A stretch of DNA of 64,000 nt from an uncultured Methanoregulaceae archaeon (GTDB lineage: Archaea > Halobacteriota > Methanomicrobia > Methanomicrobiales > Methanospirillaceae): NCBI GenBank assembly GCA_963705255.1, contig OY970061.1, positions 192,001 to 256,000 of the forward strand. The letters run 5' to 3'. The translations under genes were made by a program, and so were the position numbers. Below are positions 52,041 to 62,398 of this stretch, one piece after another; the stretch's first letter is position 1; the number at the start of each line of letters is the position of its first letter. The notes under the pieces were generated by a model. That model was given only the letters and a program-made list of their open reading frames with translations, was not told where the DNA came from and did not search any database.

Positions 52041-52733
52041 ATGGACCGGAAAACTGGTTTAATAATCGTGATCATCCTGATTGTTGCTGCACTGGCCGCC
52101 GTTATTATTATTACCGGGCAGAATAGCCTGCAGGGGAATGCGGGTGGACCGACGACACTGCCAGCGGTGGAGGTGCGGTCGTATCAGGGAAAAGACCTCT
52201 CATCGATCAATGATTTCCATGAAAATTCCATCAATGGTCCCCAGCACATCAACATCACCGATTACCGCCTGACAGTTACGGGCCTGACAAACACGACACT
52301 CATGTATACCTATGCCGACATCCTCGGGAAATATCCCCACTATACCAAGGTGGTCACCCTCCACTGTGTCGAGGGCTGGGACGCCACTATCCTCTGGGAA
52401 GGTGTGCAGGTCCGGGACCTTATCCGGGATGCCGGAGTCCGCCCGGGCGCAAATACCATTGTCTTCACGGCACATGACGGGTACACGACCTCTTTTGCGC
52501 TCGACTATATCATGAACCGCGATATCATCATGGCCTACCGTATGAACAACGTCACGCTCCCGGCAGAACGGGGCTATCCCTTCGAGCTGGTGGCCGAAGA
52601 CAAATGGGGATACAAGTGGATCAAGTGGATCGAGAAGGTCGAGCTGACCGATAACCCTGACTACCGCGGTTACTGGGAACAGCGGGGGTACTCGAACTCC
52701 GGTGACCTGAATAAAAGTTTTTCCGGTGACTGA
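52041..52733 (+). CDS. molybdopterin-dependent oxidoreductase (sulfite oxidase/MsrP family)
   Basis: HCVEGW, GYTT, GYP..L, GYKWIKW, GYWE..GY. Confidence 0.88.
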   Translation: MDRKTGLIIVIILIVAALAAVIIITGQNSLQGNAGGPTTLPAVEVRSYQGKDLSSINDFHENSINGPQHINITDYRLTVTGLTNTTLMYTYADILGKYPHYTKVVTLHCVEGWDATILWEGVQVRDLIRDAGVRPGANTIVFTAHDGYTTSFALDYIMNRDIIMAYRMNNVTLPAERGYPFELVAEDKWGYKWIKWIEKVELTDNPDYRGYWEQRGYSNSGDLNKSFSGD

Positions 52734-52782
52734 ATCCTGCAGGAGGGAATGCGGGTGATCCCGCATCCCTCCCATTTTTCCA

Positions 52783-53040
52783 ACCTTATTTCACGATTTT
52801 TCCACAAAAATGGGGAGAGGCAGACATGAATCGATAGAGCTCACTCCGGAACCTTGAAAATCGTTCAGTTATGAGGGCTCCCCGCCTCAGGGCCTCTCCG
52901 AGGCACGGCGGGGCAAGGAGGTTGAACCGCCGCGGGGGCGCCCCGTCGGGGGCGGCGGCGTTCATCGCAACAATAAAAAGAGGGCTTATCTCCTGTGATA
53001 TCTGAATAACGCGACCCTCATAGGAAACGCCAGAATAATT
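52783..53040. repeat. GC-rich structured intergenic element, probable second MITE family
   Basis: nested inverted repeats TATGAGGG...CCCTCATA, CCCCGCC...GGCGGGG, CGCCGC...GCGGCG between convergent genes. Confidence 0.5.
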
Positions 53041-53156
53041 TCGCGTACACCGGATTAAGATTCCCGACGGATTTTCACCGGTAAATCCTGACCGCTCGTA
53101 CTGGCATGGCAAAATCAGATTGATGCAGGTTGCGAACACCTCACCGTTCCTGCCCG

Positions 53157-54107
53157 TTACACCGCTTGGGAGACCCCGACAAGGGAACGGATCCACTTCT
53201 GGGTTTCTGCCGGGGTTCCGGCAGTGTTCACGAGGTAGACAGTCGTCCGGTCCAGGAGGTCCGCGACGTACTTGTTGCGGATGAGCGTTTTTGACGGGTT
53301 CCTGACGAGGAGGTGGGGGTTGAAATAATTATTTTCAGCGAAAAATTTCAGCCCGGTCTCGGGGTCGAGTGTCTGGACCACGTTCTCGTCCGACGGGGCC
53401 CTCCTGAGGACGATGATGATCTTCAGGGTTGTCATGGGAAGGATCCTCCCTTTCCCTATCACCCAGCGGACATCGGCTACCGCACGGCCATCGGCATCAT
53501 AGTCCCCTTTCTCGACAAGTCCCCCGAACCCTTTCCAGATGGTCTCGAGATCCTGCTGGATGTAAAAATTTTTTTCCGAGCCGTACACGAGGACATCGGG
53601 CCTGTATACCCGCGCGAAGAACCAGTCATCCGAAACGATGCGCGTGCTGGGGTCCCTGAGGAGGCCGTAGGTCTGCGTGGTCTTCCCTGCACCGGGACCG
53701 CCGACGATGCAGATGCCTTTTCCGTCGACATCGATGCAGGCGCCGTGGATCGAATAGATGTTGTGTTCGTCCTCGAGGATGTCCCCGGCAAGGCTGAGGG
53801 CGAGGGATTTGATCCAGCCGTAATACTTGAAATTCAGGAGGAATGCGGTCTTGGAGGCCGGGTCGTACAGCACGCTGTCCGGCGGGTAAGACGGGTCGCT
53901 GAAGATGAAGAGCCTGCCATGGGACCGGACATTTTGCGACATCGAATAAAAGTTATCCTCCCAGGTGTCCTTCAGGATGTGGTCATCGCAGAGGAGCTTG
54001 ATGCAGCACCCGTAAATCTCCGATTTGATCTCGTACCTGACCTGCGGGAGATACCGCTCCATCAGGCGTCCTTTCTCTTCGATGGATATGGCAGAAACCG
54101 TGTACAT
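53157..54107 (-). CDS. HPr kinase/PEPCK-like P-loop protein
   Basis: HGACID, GGPGAGKTT, VSDDW. Confidence 0.8.
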   Translation of the reverse strand: MYTVSAISIEEKGRLMERYLPQVRYEIKSEIYGCCIKLLCDDHILKDTWEDNFYSMSQNVRSHGRLFIFSDPSYPPDSVLYDPASKTAFLLNFKYYGWIKSLALSLAGDILEDEHNIYSIHGACIDVDGKGICIVGGPGAGKTTQTYGLLRDPSTRIVSDDWFFARVYRPDVLVYGSEKNFYIQQDLETIWKGFGGLVEKGDYDADGRAVADVRWVIGKGRILPMTTLKIIIVLRRAPSDENVVQTLDPETGLKFFAENNYFNPHLLVRNPSKTLIRNKYVADLLDRTTVYLVNTAGTPAETQKWIRSLVGVSQAV

Positions 54108-54539
54108 GGCAGGAAGCCCCCGCAGGCAATGATCGCTTCTTCCCGAAGACCTGCTCTTCCGGATCATGCCGGTCTTGCCGCCGGGAATCCGCGATGGTAG
54201 TATGATATCCGTATCTTCTCAGGCCACTTATCACTTCTGTTCGGGGTACTTGTCTCCGGACCTGATGTCCCGGACATCGTGGGAACTGAGGATCGTTACA
54301 CGTTATTGACCGGTACGGGACAGGTACCTGACCCTGCACCGTGCCAGATATACCAGCCGATGGAGAGCCCGATGAACATTCCGATTACCACGTATATGGC
54401 CGCACGGGCCAGGTTCTCTCTCTGCATGACCTGATCTTATTTCAGAACCCCCATAAACGTTCTGTACCTGAACCGGCACGCACTCATGCTTTTTTTAATC
54501 CTGTCTCCAATCTGGTACAACGCAACGGGTGCACCGGGC

Positions 54540-55397
54540 ATGAAGCATATTCCCAGATTCTCGACGGATTCGCTTTCCAGAAACTATCCCGAGCCGGAGG
54601 AGGTCCCCGCCCCGGGTGCCCGCTGGGTGGTGGTACGGGATATGGGCGTCGTTGTCACGACCAGCCCTGCTCCCACAATCCTGCTGGACCGCTATCCGGC
54701 ATCTTCAGGAATGGCCGTTAACCGCAGCCAGTACCTTGGGCACCTCGGCAGCACTCCTGTGTATGCGGCGGAAATACCCGGTGCGGCCCCACTTCCCGGA
54801 AGTATGGTATATTCCGGTGTACGTGAACTGTCGGGAACCATACCGGACGAAGAACTTGCCCTTGCCGGGATCGCCGTCCAGATCATCGGTTTTGACCGCA
54901 CGACACGGTTTTGCGGGGTGTGCGGGGAAGGGATGCGGCAGCTCCGGACCGAACGCGCAAAGAGATGCCCTGCATGCGGGCACACCGAATACCCCCGGCT
55001 CTCCCCAGCGATCATCGTCCTCGTCAGAAATGCCGATTCCGTCCTCATGGTACAATCAAAACAGGCGCCTGCGGGAAGGCACAGTCTTGTTGCAGGCTTC
55101 GTAGAGCCCGGCGAGGATCTCGTGCACGCGGTCCACCGCGAGGTCATGGAAGAGACCGGTATCAGGATAACCAATGTCAGTTATGCCGGAAGCGAACCGT
55201 GGCCGTTCCCGAACTCGCTCATGATCGCGTTTGTTGCCGACTATGATGGCGGCGGGATTGAACCTGACGGGACCGAGGTCGTTTCTGCGGGCTGGTTCCG
55301 GAGGGACAATCTCCCGTCAGTTCCCCCAAAACTCAGTATCGCCCGGTCACTCATCGACTGGTGGGTGGAGAACGGGACCCGGCCGGACTCCCGCTGA
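54540..55397 (+). CDS. nudC: NAD+ diphosphatase (Nudix)
   Basis: FCGVCG..C..C..YPR.SPAII, AGFVEPGE...REVMEETG, SEPWPFPNSLM. Confidence 0.92.
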   Translation: MKHIPRFSTDSLSRNYPEPEEVPAPGARWVVVRDMGVVVTTSPAPTILLDRYPASSGMAVNRSQYLGHLGSTPVYAAEIPGAAPLPGSMVYSGVRELSGTIPDEELALAGIAVQIIGFDRTTRFCGVCGEGMRQLRTERAKRCPACGHTEYPRLSPAIIVLVRNADSVLMVQSKQAPAGRHSLVAGFVEPGEDLVHAVHREVMEETGIRITNVSYAGSEPWPFPNSLMIAFVADYDGGGIEPDGTEVVSAGWFRRDNLPSVPPKLSIARSLIDWWVENGTRPDSR

Positions 55398-55565
55398 GGG
55401 TCCCGTACCGGGCGGCAAATTTTTCTTCACGGATTTATTGTTTTTCTTTGGTGTCTGGGGCCGCCAAGGCACCGGTAACTTCATTTCGACCAGAAATGCT
55501 ATTATACAGTATATAAAACATTATAAATAGGCAACGATCGTGCCAGTCCTATAGTGTGAGAGATT

Positions 55566-58514
55566 GTGATGAGCGACCCCCCGTCCGATGAAGACGAAAA
55601 TACCGTTGATATTTTCGTGCTGAGTAAAGGTGAGAAAGAACCTCTTTTACAAAACGAGATCCTGAAAAAAAAGGGTTACCATATCACCCTTTTTACCGAC
55701 AGCACCCAGATCCAGGACTCCTTGCGGCATGGAAGGCCCAATCTCCTGATCTGCGATACGGTATCCCTCCCGCAGGAGGCGTATGACGTCTGCAGGCAGA
55801 TCAAGGCCGATGACCGGCACTGGATGATCCCGGTCCTCGTCGTCACGGCCGCTTCCAGCCTGTCCGACCTTCTGAACGTCCTGGACTGCAACGCAGACAA
55901 CTTCATCGCGCACCCGTTCGACCCGCCCTACCTTATCTCGCTCATCGAAGGTATGCTCTCCACTCCTGTCGAGCGGACGATGCCGGAGCAGATCAAGACC
56001 CAGTTCAGGATCCAGCATGACGACAAGGTCTACGTGGTCACTGCCGACCGCCGCAAACTGCTCGAGTTCCTCCTCTCATCCTTCGAAATTGCCATCAATA
56101 TTTCCGGCAATCTCTCCCGGGCACGAGAAGAGATAGCGGAGATCACGCGGTCCCTCAGACATTACGAATCGGTAGTCGGAGAACAGGCCCGGGTCATTGA
56201 GACCGTAAACGCAGCCCTGCTCAAAAAAGATCAGACCCTCAGGGAACTTGAAGAAAAACTTTCTGACCGGGAACATAACGTCTCACGGTTGTCGGATGCG
56301 AATGAGCAGCTCAGCAGGGAACTGGAAGGGAGCAAAGCGCTCCTTGCCACTGCAGAAGAGCGCATCCTGCAGATGGCAAGGGAAAATGATGCAGCCGCTG
56401 AAGTTCACCGATCTGAGATCGACGGACTGAACCGCCAGGTCAGTTCCCTTTCTGAAGCACTTGCCTCCACAAAAACGGAGTCTGAGAAAGCCGTCCGGGC
56501 CCTCGAAGAGAAGACGACGCAGTGTGAGGCGACCGTACAGGATCTCGATGAGATAACGGCGCACAGGGAACAGGCGGAAAAGTCCCTCCGTGCTCTTACC
56601 CTCGAACACGAACAGATGAAAGTCTCCCTTGCTGCAGAGAAGAACCGGGCGCAGGCCGCAGCAGAGGAGGTCAGGGAGGTTCTCCAGGCAAAGACGGATT
56701 CCGAACAGGACCTTACCCGGATCATCAACGAACTCAGGGATACCGCAAAAGAGCAGGCTCAAACCCTTGTCCGGAATACCGGGGAACTCGAGTCAGCAAA
56801 GAACCAGATCACCGCTCTTGAAAGGGATCTGAACACTATCAGAACGGAGAAGGAAAAAATGGAATCTGCGCTCCGTGACCGTGCAGACAGTATCAGCCAG
56901 GAGCTCTGCGACCTCCGGGTAAAATACGGGATGACCGTTGCCCAGTTCGAGGAGAAAGAGCGCCGCATCCCTCCCCTTGAACTGGAACTGAACCAGACCC
57001 GGGTGGAACGGGACAGGATCGGCGCCGATCTCCAGGCACTCACGCGGGAACTCGAAGCGGCCCGGGCCGCACTTGCTGAGGAGAAGGAAGCGCACCGCTC
57101 AGCGGAGGAGCGTTTAACCTCGATGGTCGGCGAGCGGGATGTCGCGCTCCGGACACTTCGTGCCGCGCATGATGGGTTAAAGACTGACCTCGATTCACAT
57201 AAAAACGGCCTGGTTCAGGCGAAAGGGGAGATCCAGTCCGCCTCGGAGCTGCGGGAGACCCTTGAATGCAGGCTTGAGGCCGGTGCCACACGGATCCGGG
57301 AGCTCGAGTCCGAAGTGCGCACGCTGTCGTCAGACCATGCGCAGGCTGCCCAGCAGGTGCGGACACTATCAGATGAACTGGAGCAGGTCAAAGCAGCACT
57401 CGGGAATGAGAGGAGGTTGCACCATGCAACGGACGAAAAACTGGTGGTCGTCAGCCAGGTGCGAGAACAGTTCCTGCATGACCTCCGGAAATCCGCGGAA
57501 GAGCTTGCCCTGCTGAAACACGAGCTTGAGGAAGAGCGCACGCTGCGCCAGGCCATGGAAGCGCAGAAATATTCAGCCGAGGTGGAGCAGGAGCAGTTTG
57601 CCCGGAACATTTCCCTGACTGAGAACGAGCGATCTGCAGCCGATGAAGAGCGGACTGCATCGATCCGAAACCTGACTTCAGACCTTGAATCAGCCCTTGC
57701 GCGGCAGCGGGTGCTGGAAGACCAGGTAACCGGTCTCACGAAAGAGAAGCAGCTCATCGAAGAGAAGGCCTCCGGCCTCTCGGAGGAGATCGACCAGGCG
57801 AGAACAGCGCTCGCGGACGAGTGGGAAGACCACATGAACGATCAGGAGCGGCTCGTTGTTGCCACGGAAAAGAAAGTACGGCTCGAAGAGGAGCTGCACC
57901 GGGCAGAGGAGCCGGAAGCGGAACAAACAAAAAAACGTGCGGTCATCATCAGGGAACAGGGCCTGCCGGTGGAAGTCAGGGCTGTTTCAAAAGCGCTTTC
58001 GCTACCTCTCCCGTCACAGGCCCCCGGGAGTCCGCCGCCACGCATAACCGGCGTCGAAGACCTTTTCGAGGAGGATGAGCCCCAGGAAAAAGAGACAGAC
58101 CCGCTCCCGGCAGTCACTATCGTCAGCGAGCCGTCCGCAGGCTTTGAAGATGAGAACTTGCCCAAGGATATTCAGGAAGATCCGGGAAGTGCCGAACCGG
58201 AGCCTGAAGAGGGCAAATCTCCTGATGGCGAGGTGGAGAGGAGAGAAGAGGAGGCTGGGATAGAAGAGATCTCTGGTACACCTGGTGAAATCCCCGGCCC
58301 GGCAAACCAGAGCGGTATAGCGTTCAACCGTGCACAATGGCTGGACCTCCTCAAATGGGCACACCATTCCGGGGCACTCTCGCAGGAGCAGCGCATGCAG
58401 ATCGTCAGGATGGGACGGCTGATCCAGAAAGGCAGGAAACTGACACGCAGGCAGGACGAGCAGGTCAGGAAGATGATGGTCCTCGTGCAGACGCTCGGCT
58501 ACCATTTAACCTGA
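55566..58514 (+). CDS. receiver domain + long coiled-coil protein
   Basis: PNLLICD...IPVLVVT...ADNFI REC domain; ~600 aa of heptad-rich sequence; acidic linker; small C-terminal domain. Confidence 0.85.
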   Translation: MMSDPPSDEDENTVDIFVLSKGEKEPLLQNEILKKKGYHITLFTDSTQIQDSLRHGRPNLLICDTVSLPQEAYDVCRQIKADDRHWMIPVLVVTAASSLSDLLNVLDCNADNFIAHPFDPPYLISLIEGMLSTPVERTMPEQIKTQFRIQHDDKVYVVTADRRKLLEFLLSSFEIAINISGNLSRAREEIAEITRSLRHYESVVGEQARVIETVNAALLKKDQTLRELEEKLSDREHNVSRLSDANEQLSRELEGSKALLATAEERILQMARENDAAAEVHRSEIDGLNRQVSSLSEALASTKTESEKAVRALEEKTTQCEATVQDLDEITAHREQAEKSLRALTLEHEQMKVSLAAEKNRAQAAAEEVREVLQAKTDSEQDLTRIINELRDTAKEQAQTLVRNTGELESAKNQITALERDLNTIRTEKEKMESALRDRADSISQELCDLRVKYGMTVAQFEEKERRIPPLELELNQTRVERDRIGADLQALTRELEAARAALAEEKEAHRSAEERLTSMVGERDVALRTLRAAHDGLKTDLDSHKNGLVQAKGEIQSASELRETLECRLEAGATRIRELESEVRTLSSDHAQAAQQVRTLSDELEQVKAALGNERRLHHATDEKLVVVSQVREQFLHDLRKSAEELALLKHELEEERTLRQAMEAQKYSAEVEQEQFARNISLTENERSAADEERTASIRNLTSDLESALARQRVLEDQVTGLTKEKQLIEEKASGLSEEIDQARTALADEWEDHMNDQERLVVATEKKVRLEEELHRAEEPEAEQTKKRAVIIREQGLPVEVRAVSKALSLPLPSQAPGSPPPRITGVEDLFEEDEPQEKETDPLPAVTIVSEPSAGFEDENLPKDIQEDPGSAEPEPEEGKSPDGEVERREEEAGIEEISGTPGEIPGPANQSGIAFNRAQWLDLLKWAHHSGALSQEQRMQIVRMGRLIQKGRKLTRRQDEQVRKMMVLVQTLGYHLT

Positions 58515-58942
58515 CCCCTCTTTGCTGCAGTTGTCCTCCTGGTATCCCCTTTTCCGGCTCGTTTATTACCCGTACATTTACCTGTGCCTTCAGTTTCCCG
58601 TTTGGTACAGGCTACGGTAGTCCGGGTCAAAAAAAGGATTGGATTAGGCATGACAGATGGTGCCCCCTGCGGCTGATCCCCGCACTATGGGGAGGTACAT
58701 AACCGATTTTGGCAGGTGGCCCCTCAGCAAGACGGAGCCATTCCCGACAAGGCAGATACGGTCCGCGATCCGGCGTGAGAGTTCAAGGCCATCCGATCTC
58801 TCCATCCAGTTCCCCTGGGACGGAACTGAATAAAGTTTGGCATGACGCCAAAATTTCCCGCCCCCCCGGCCCATCGGAGAATGGGACCTGTTCAAATCCC
58901 GCCATGTTTAAAAATGCCGGAGGAGTAGTATTGGTGACTGCC

Positions 58943-60400
58943 ATGCCTCCCCGATCATTCCGTGACCGGTACCGTTCCATCTTCCAGACCAAACCTGTCA
59001 GCAAACTGATGGAATGCACCGGCGGGGTGCATGGGCTGAAAAAAGTGCTTTCGCCGTTCGAGCTTACGCTTCTTGGTATCGGGGCGATCATCGGAACGGG
59101 CATTTTTGTCATCACCGGTATCGTTGCAGCAGATTATTCCGGGCCGGCCCTGGTGGTCTCGTTCATCATCTCCGGGACCGTATGCGCCTTTGCAGCGCTG
59201 AGCTATGCGGAATTTGCCGCGATGGTGCCGGTTGCCGGGAGCGCCTATACGTACGGGTATGCCTCGCTCGGGGAGGTCTGGGCATGGATCATCGGATGGG
59301 ACCTCATCCTCGAGTACTCGGTGTCGATAGCCGCGGTGGCGGTCGGGTGGTCGGGGTATATGACAAGCCTCCTCGCCGGGGCCGGTATCACTCTTCCCGC
59401 CCCGCTTATCAACCCCCCGGGACTGGATGGCGGGATCGTCAACCTCCCGGCAATCCTGATCATCTTCGTCGTTACCGGACTCCTGATCCTCGGAGTGAAG
59501 GAGAGCGCCCGGGTCAACACGGTAATCGTGCTGATCAAAATCACGGTCATCCTGCTCTTCCTCTTCCTCGCCTTCTCGCACATCAATCCCGCAAACTGGA
59601 CCCCGTTCATGCCTTTCGGGTGGTCCGGGGTCCTCACCGGGGCGGCGATCGTTTTTTTTGCTTATATCGGGTTCGACGCGGTCTCGACGGCAGCGGAGGA
59701 AGTCAAAGACCCTCAGAAGACTCTCCCTATCGGGATCATCGGATCGCTGGTCGTATCGACCATCCTCTATATCGCCGTCACAACGGTCCTCACCGGGATA
59801 GTACCCTACAGTCTTTTCAAAAATACCGCCGCCCCTGTCGCGTTTGCTCTTGGGGAGATCGGCATCTCCTGGGGCTCGGCCCTCGTCTCTGTCGGTGCAA
59901 TCTGCGGGATCACCTCAGTCCTCATCGTTCTGCTCTTCGGCCAGACACGGATCTTCTTTGCCATGTCGCGGGACGGTCTCCTCCCCGCTGTCTTCCGGGA
60001 ACTCCACCCGGTGTACCGGACGCCGGTCAAAGTGACGCTGCTTGTCGGGGTCGTGACCGCGATCCTCGCAAGCCTCCTCCCGCTCCAGACAATCGCGGAA
60101 CTCGTGAATATCGGGACGCTCGCTGCGTTCATCATCGTCTCCCTCGGGGTCATCGTCCTGCGCAGGACGAAGCCGGATCTCGAGCGGCCGTTCCGTTGCC
60201 CGTTCGTACCGCTCGTACCCGCGCTCTGCATCGTCTCCTGCAGCGCCCTGATCTTCATGCTCCCGACCGTGACCCACCTGAGGTTCATCATCTGGCTGGC
60301 CATCGGGCTCGTCATCTATTTCCTGTACAGCATGCACCACAGCCGGATCAATGATGATACCACAGGACTAGAGTGCTGGGCCCCGCCGGGCAACCATTGA
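58943..60400 (+). CDS. cationic amino-acid permease (APC)
   Basis: GIGAIIGTGIF, GSAYTY, FAYIGFD..ST..EE.K.P, IGTL.AF. Confidence 0.93.
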   Translation: MPPRSFRDRYRSIFQTKPVSKLMECTGGVHGLKKVLSPFELTLLGIGAIIGTGIFVITGIVAADYSGPALVVSFIISGTVCAFAALSYAEFAAMVPVAGSAYTYGYASLGEVWAWIIGWDLILEYSVSIAAVAVGWSGYMTSLLAGAGITLPAPLINPPGLDGGIVNLPAILIIFVVTGLLILGVKESARVNTVIVLIKITVILLFLFLAFSHINPANWTPFMPFGWSGVLTGAAIVFFAYIGFDAVSTAAEEVKDPQKTLPIGIIGSLVVSTILYIAVTTVLTGIVPYSLFKNTAAPVAFALGEIGISWGSALVSVGAICGITSVLIVLLFGQTRIFFAMSRDGLLPAVFRELHPVYRTPVKVTLLVGVVTAILASLLPLQTIAELVNIGTLAAFIIVSLGVIVLRRTKPDLERPFRCPFVPLVPALCIVSCSALIFMLPTVTHLRFIIWLAIGLVIYFLYSMHHSRINDDTTGLECWAPPGNH

Positions 60401-60419
60401 CGGCCCGCGTAAAAAGTGA

Positions 60420-60644
60420 TCAGATCCGGCCGGTCTTCTGAAGCCAGAGGCCGGTCCCCCAGTAGGCTGCACCGGCACCAAGGAGTGCAGCAAAGCTCAG
60501 TATGACAAACCCGTAATCCCCGGTCACGACTGCGTGTGCCTCCAGAAGCACAACGTTCACGGCGAAATACACGAATACAGCCACAACGACAACAAGCCCG
60601 ATGATGCCTGCTGTTCCCATGATGATGAGATCATCTGAAGTCAA
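60420..60644 (-). CDS. small membrane protein
   Basis: two TM segments; TTG start inferred. Confidence 0.5.
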   Translation of the reverse strand: MTSDDLIIMGTAGIIGLVVVVAVFVYFAVNVVLLEAHAVVTGDYGFVILSFAALLGAGAAYWGTGLWLQKTGRI

Positions 60645-60699
60645 TGTCCCACCCCCCGTCGTGCCTGATGACCGGGATAACGGAGCGCGCTCAAGAACG

Positions 60700-61791
60700 T
60701 CACCGCCCGAGATACTGTGCCAGGATGTCGTCATACAGCCGTTCGACATTCTCACGGGTGCCGGGAATGGCAGGAAACCCGTTGTAGTTCCGTGTGGCAC
60801 TGATATCTTCAGCAAGCCGGAGGTGGTACTGGCTTACGGAATGGAACCAGCCGTTCTTCTCATAATAGGATGAGAGGTATTCCTGTTCGGTCTGGCCCGG
60901 TGTCGGGATCAGGAGGGCCCGTTTTTTGTCCAGTTCCGCAATCTCCATCATGGAAGTGTACCCGGACCGGCAGATGATCGTGCGTGCCCGGTTCATGAGG
61001 GACTCCTTCTCTCCGGTAGATGCGTAGCTGATTATGGTACAGTCACCGGACTGCTCACGTTCCCGGGTGTTCCTCGGGCTGCCGAGAAGCACCACCCGTT
61101 TTCCCGGGAGATCGTTTATCTGCGGCATGAGGATCTCCTCGAGCCGCTGCCTCTGGGGCTCCGGCCCGGATATCAGCACCAGGTAGTCCAGGTCCGTCGG
61201 CAGTTCCCGCCGGTGCATGCCGGTGAGGATACCGGCAAAGTAGGCCCTCCCGATCGTTGCTTCTGTACCGGGGCGGGACAGTTTTCCCGCGAGTGCCGCA
61301 GGGCCCGGCGGGCTGTCGGGAACAATGATGTGCCGGAACTTCTCGTGGTGGTAGCCATTTGCTTCGACTGCGAGGAGCTCGACCGGCCAGAAGGCGAGGG
61401 GGAGGTGGTAGTGGAGCTGGTGGGTTATGAAGACCGATGGAATCTCCGGAGAATAGACCCCCAAGCGGTTGTCGCTGATGATGAGGTCATAGCGGTCCTT
61501 CTCCAGAATCTTTACGAGGTTTTTCCGCTCATCGGAGATCGCCTTCAGCATCAGGGGGAAAGAAGCGAAGAATTTCGGGAGAAAAAACCTGCTCGAACTG
61601 TAGGGGACCGGGTAGTCAGGGAACTCGATGACCGCAAGGTCCGGGAACTCATTCTCCAGTACGGCCCGGGCATTCCCGCAGGCCGCGATGGTCACGTCGT
61701 GGTTGTGCCGGAGGAGGCTGTGGATGACGGGGATGTCCCGGGTCGCGTGACCCAGGCCCCAGTTCAGAGGCGATACCAGCACGTGCGCCAT
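60700..61791 (-). CDS. glycosyltransferase (GT-B, family 28-like)
   Basis: WGLGHATR, SDNR, SGPEPQR, RSGY, PTPGQTEQ. Confidence 0.9.
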   Translation of the reverse strand: MAHVLVSPLNWGLGHATRDIPVIHSLLRHNHDVTIAACGNARAVLENEFPDLAVIEFPDYPVPYSSSRFFLPKFFASFPLMLKAISDERKNLVKILEKDRYDLIISDNRLGVYSPEIPSVFITHQLHYHLPLAFWPVELLAVEANGYHHEKFRHIIVPDSPPGPAALAGKLSRPGTEATIGRAYFAGILTGMHRRELPTDLDYLVLISGPEPQRQRLEEILMPQINDLPGKRVVLLGSPRNTREREQSGDCTIISYASTGEKESLMNRARTIICRSGYTSMMEIAELDKKRALLIPTPGQTEQEYLSSYYEKNGWFHSVSQYHLRLAEDISATRNYNGFPAIPGTRENVERLYDDILAQYLGR

Positions 61792-61923
61792 TCCTGCTCC
61801 GATCGATGATCAGAATTCTTCCACAATGGTATTGAATGATTCGTAACGGTTGTTCACCCGCTCACGGACGGGTTCCTTCCGGGTGTCCGGGAATGCCGGT
61901 CCGGCTGCCGGATTTGAAAATTC

Positions 61924-62379
61924 GGCTTTGTCGAAACCCTATTTTTCTAATCATTTGCCTTGTACTCTGCGGTTAGGAGAGTGACCCCCTCTCTCAAGTC
62001 GAAGAACCTGTCGGTTCTTCTCCAGCCCGCTCTTCCCAGCGGGAACAGCGGTCTCCCCAGTAGGGGAAGGCAACGCAAGGGGACCATCCCCTTGAATCTC
62101 TGAGAGGTCTTCAGACCTCGAAGAGGAGAAGATTTACAAAGTAAATCTTCGACCCCGTTTTTTCGGGTTTTCCATCAACCTTCTGAGGAACTATCCTAAT
62201 ATGGGGGATGCCCTAGCGGCGGGGACTGCCGAAGGCAGTGGAGAAGAATTCGCCAGAATTCTTCGACTGCGGAGGGTCGAAGAACGCTGATGCGTTCTTC
62301 TCCAGCCTCACCTCACGTTTCGTGAGGTTCGTCACCCCCAAGAGCGACTGCATGTTTTTCTGAGGATTTCAACAGAGCC
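61924..62379. mobile_element. MITE-like element (456 bp), copy B
   Basis: TIRs GGCTTTGTCGAAACCC / GGATTTCAACAGAGCC; flanks GAAAATTC/AAAAATCC; extra internal hairpins relative to copy A. Confidence 0.8.
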
Positions 62380-62398
62380 AAAAATCCCGTTCTCCGGT

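Noticed and set aside
52786-53196. 136-aa ORF
   Set aside because: Runs through the structured repeat element; likely spurious
58880-58905. tRNA T-arm-like GTTCAAATCCC
   Set aside because: No acceptor, D or anticodon stems could be built around it
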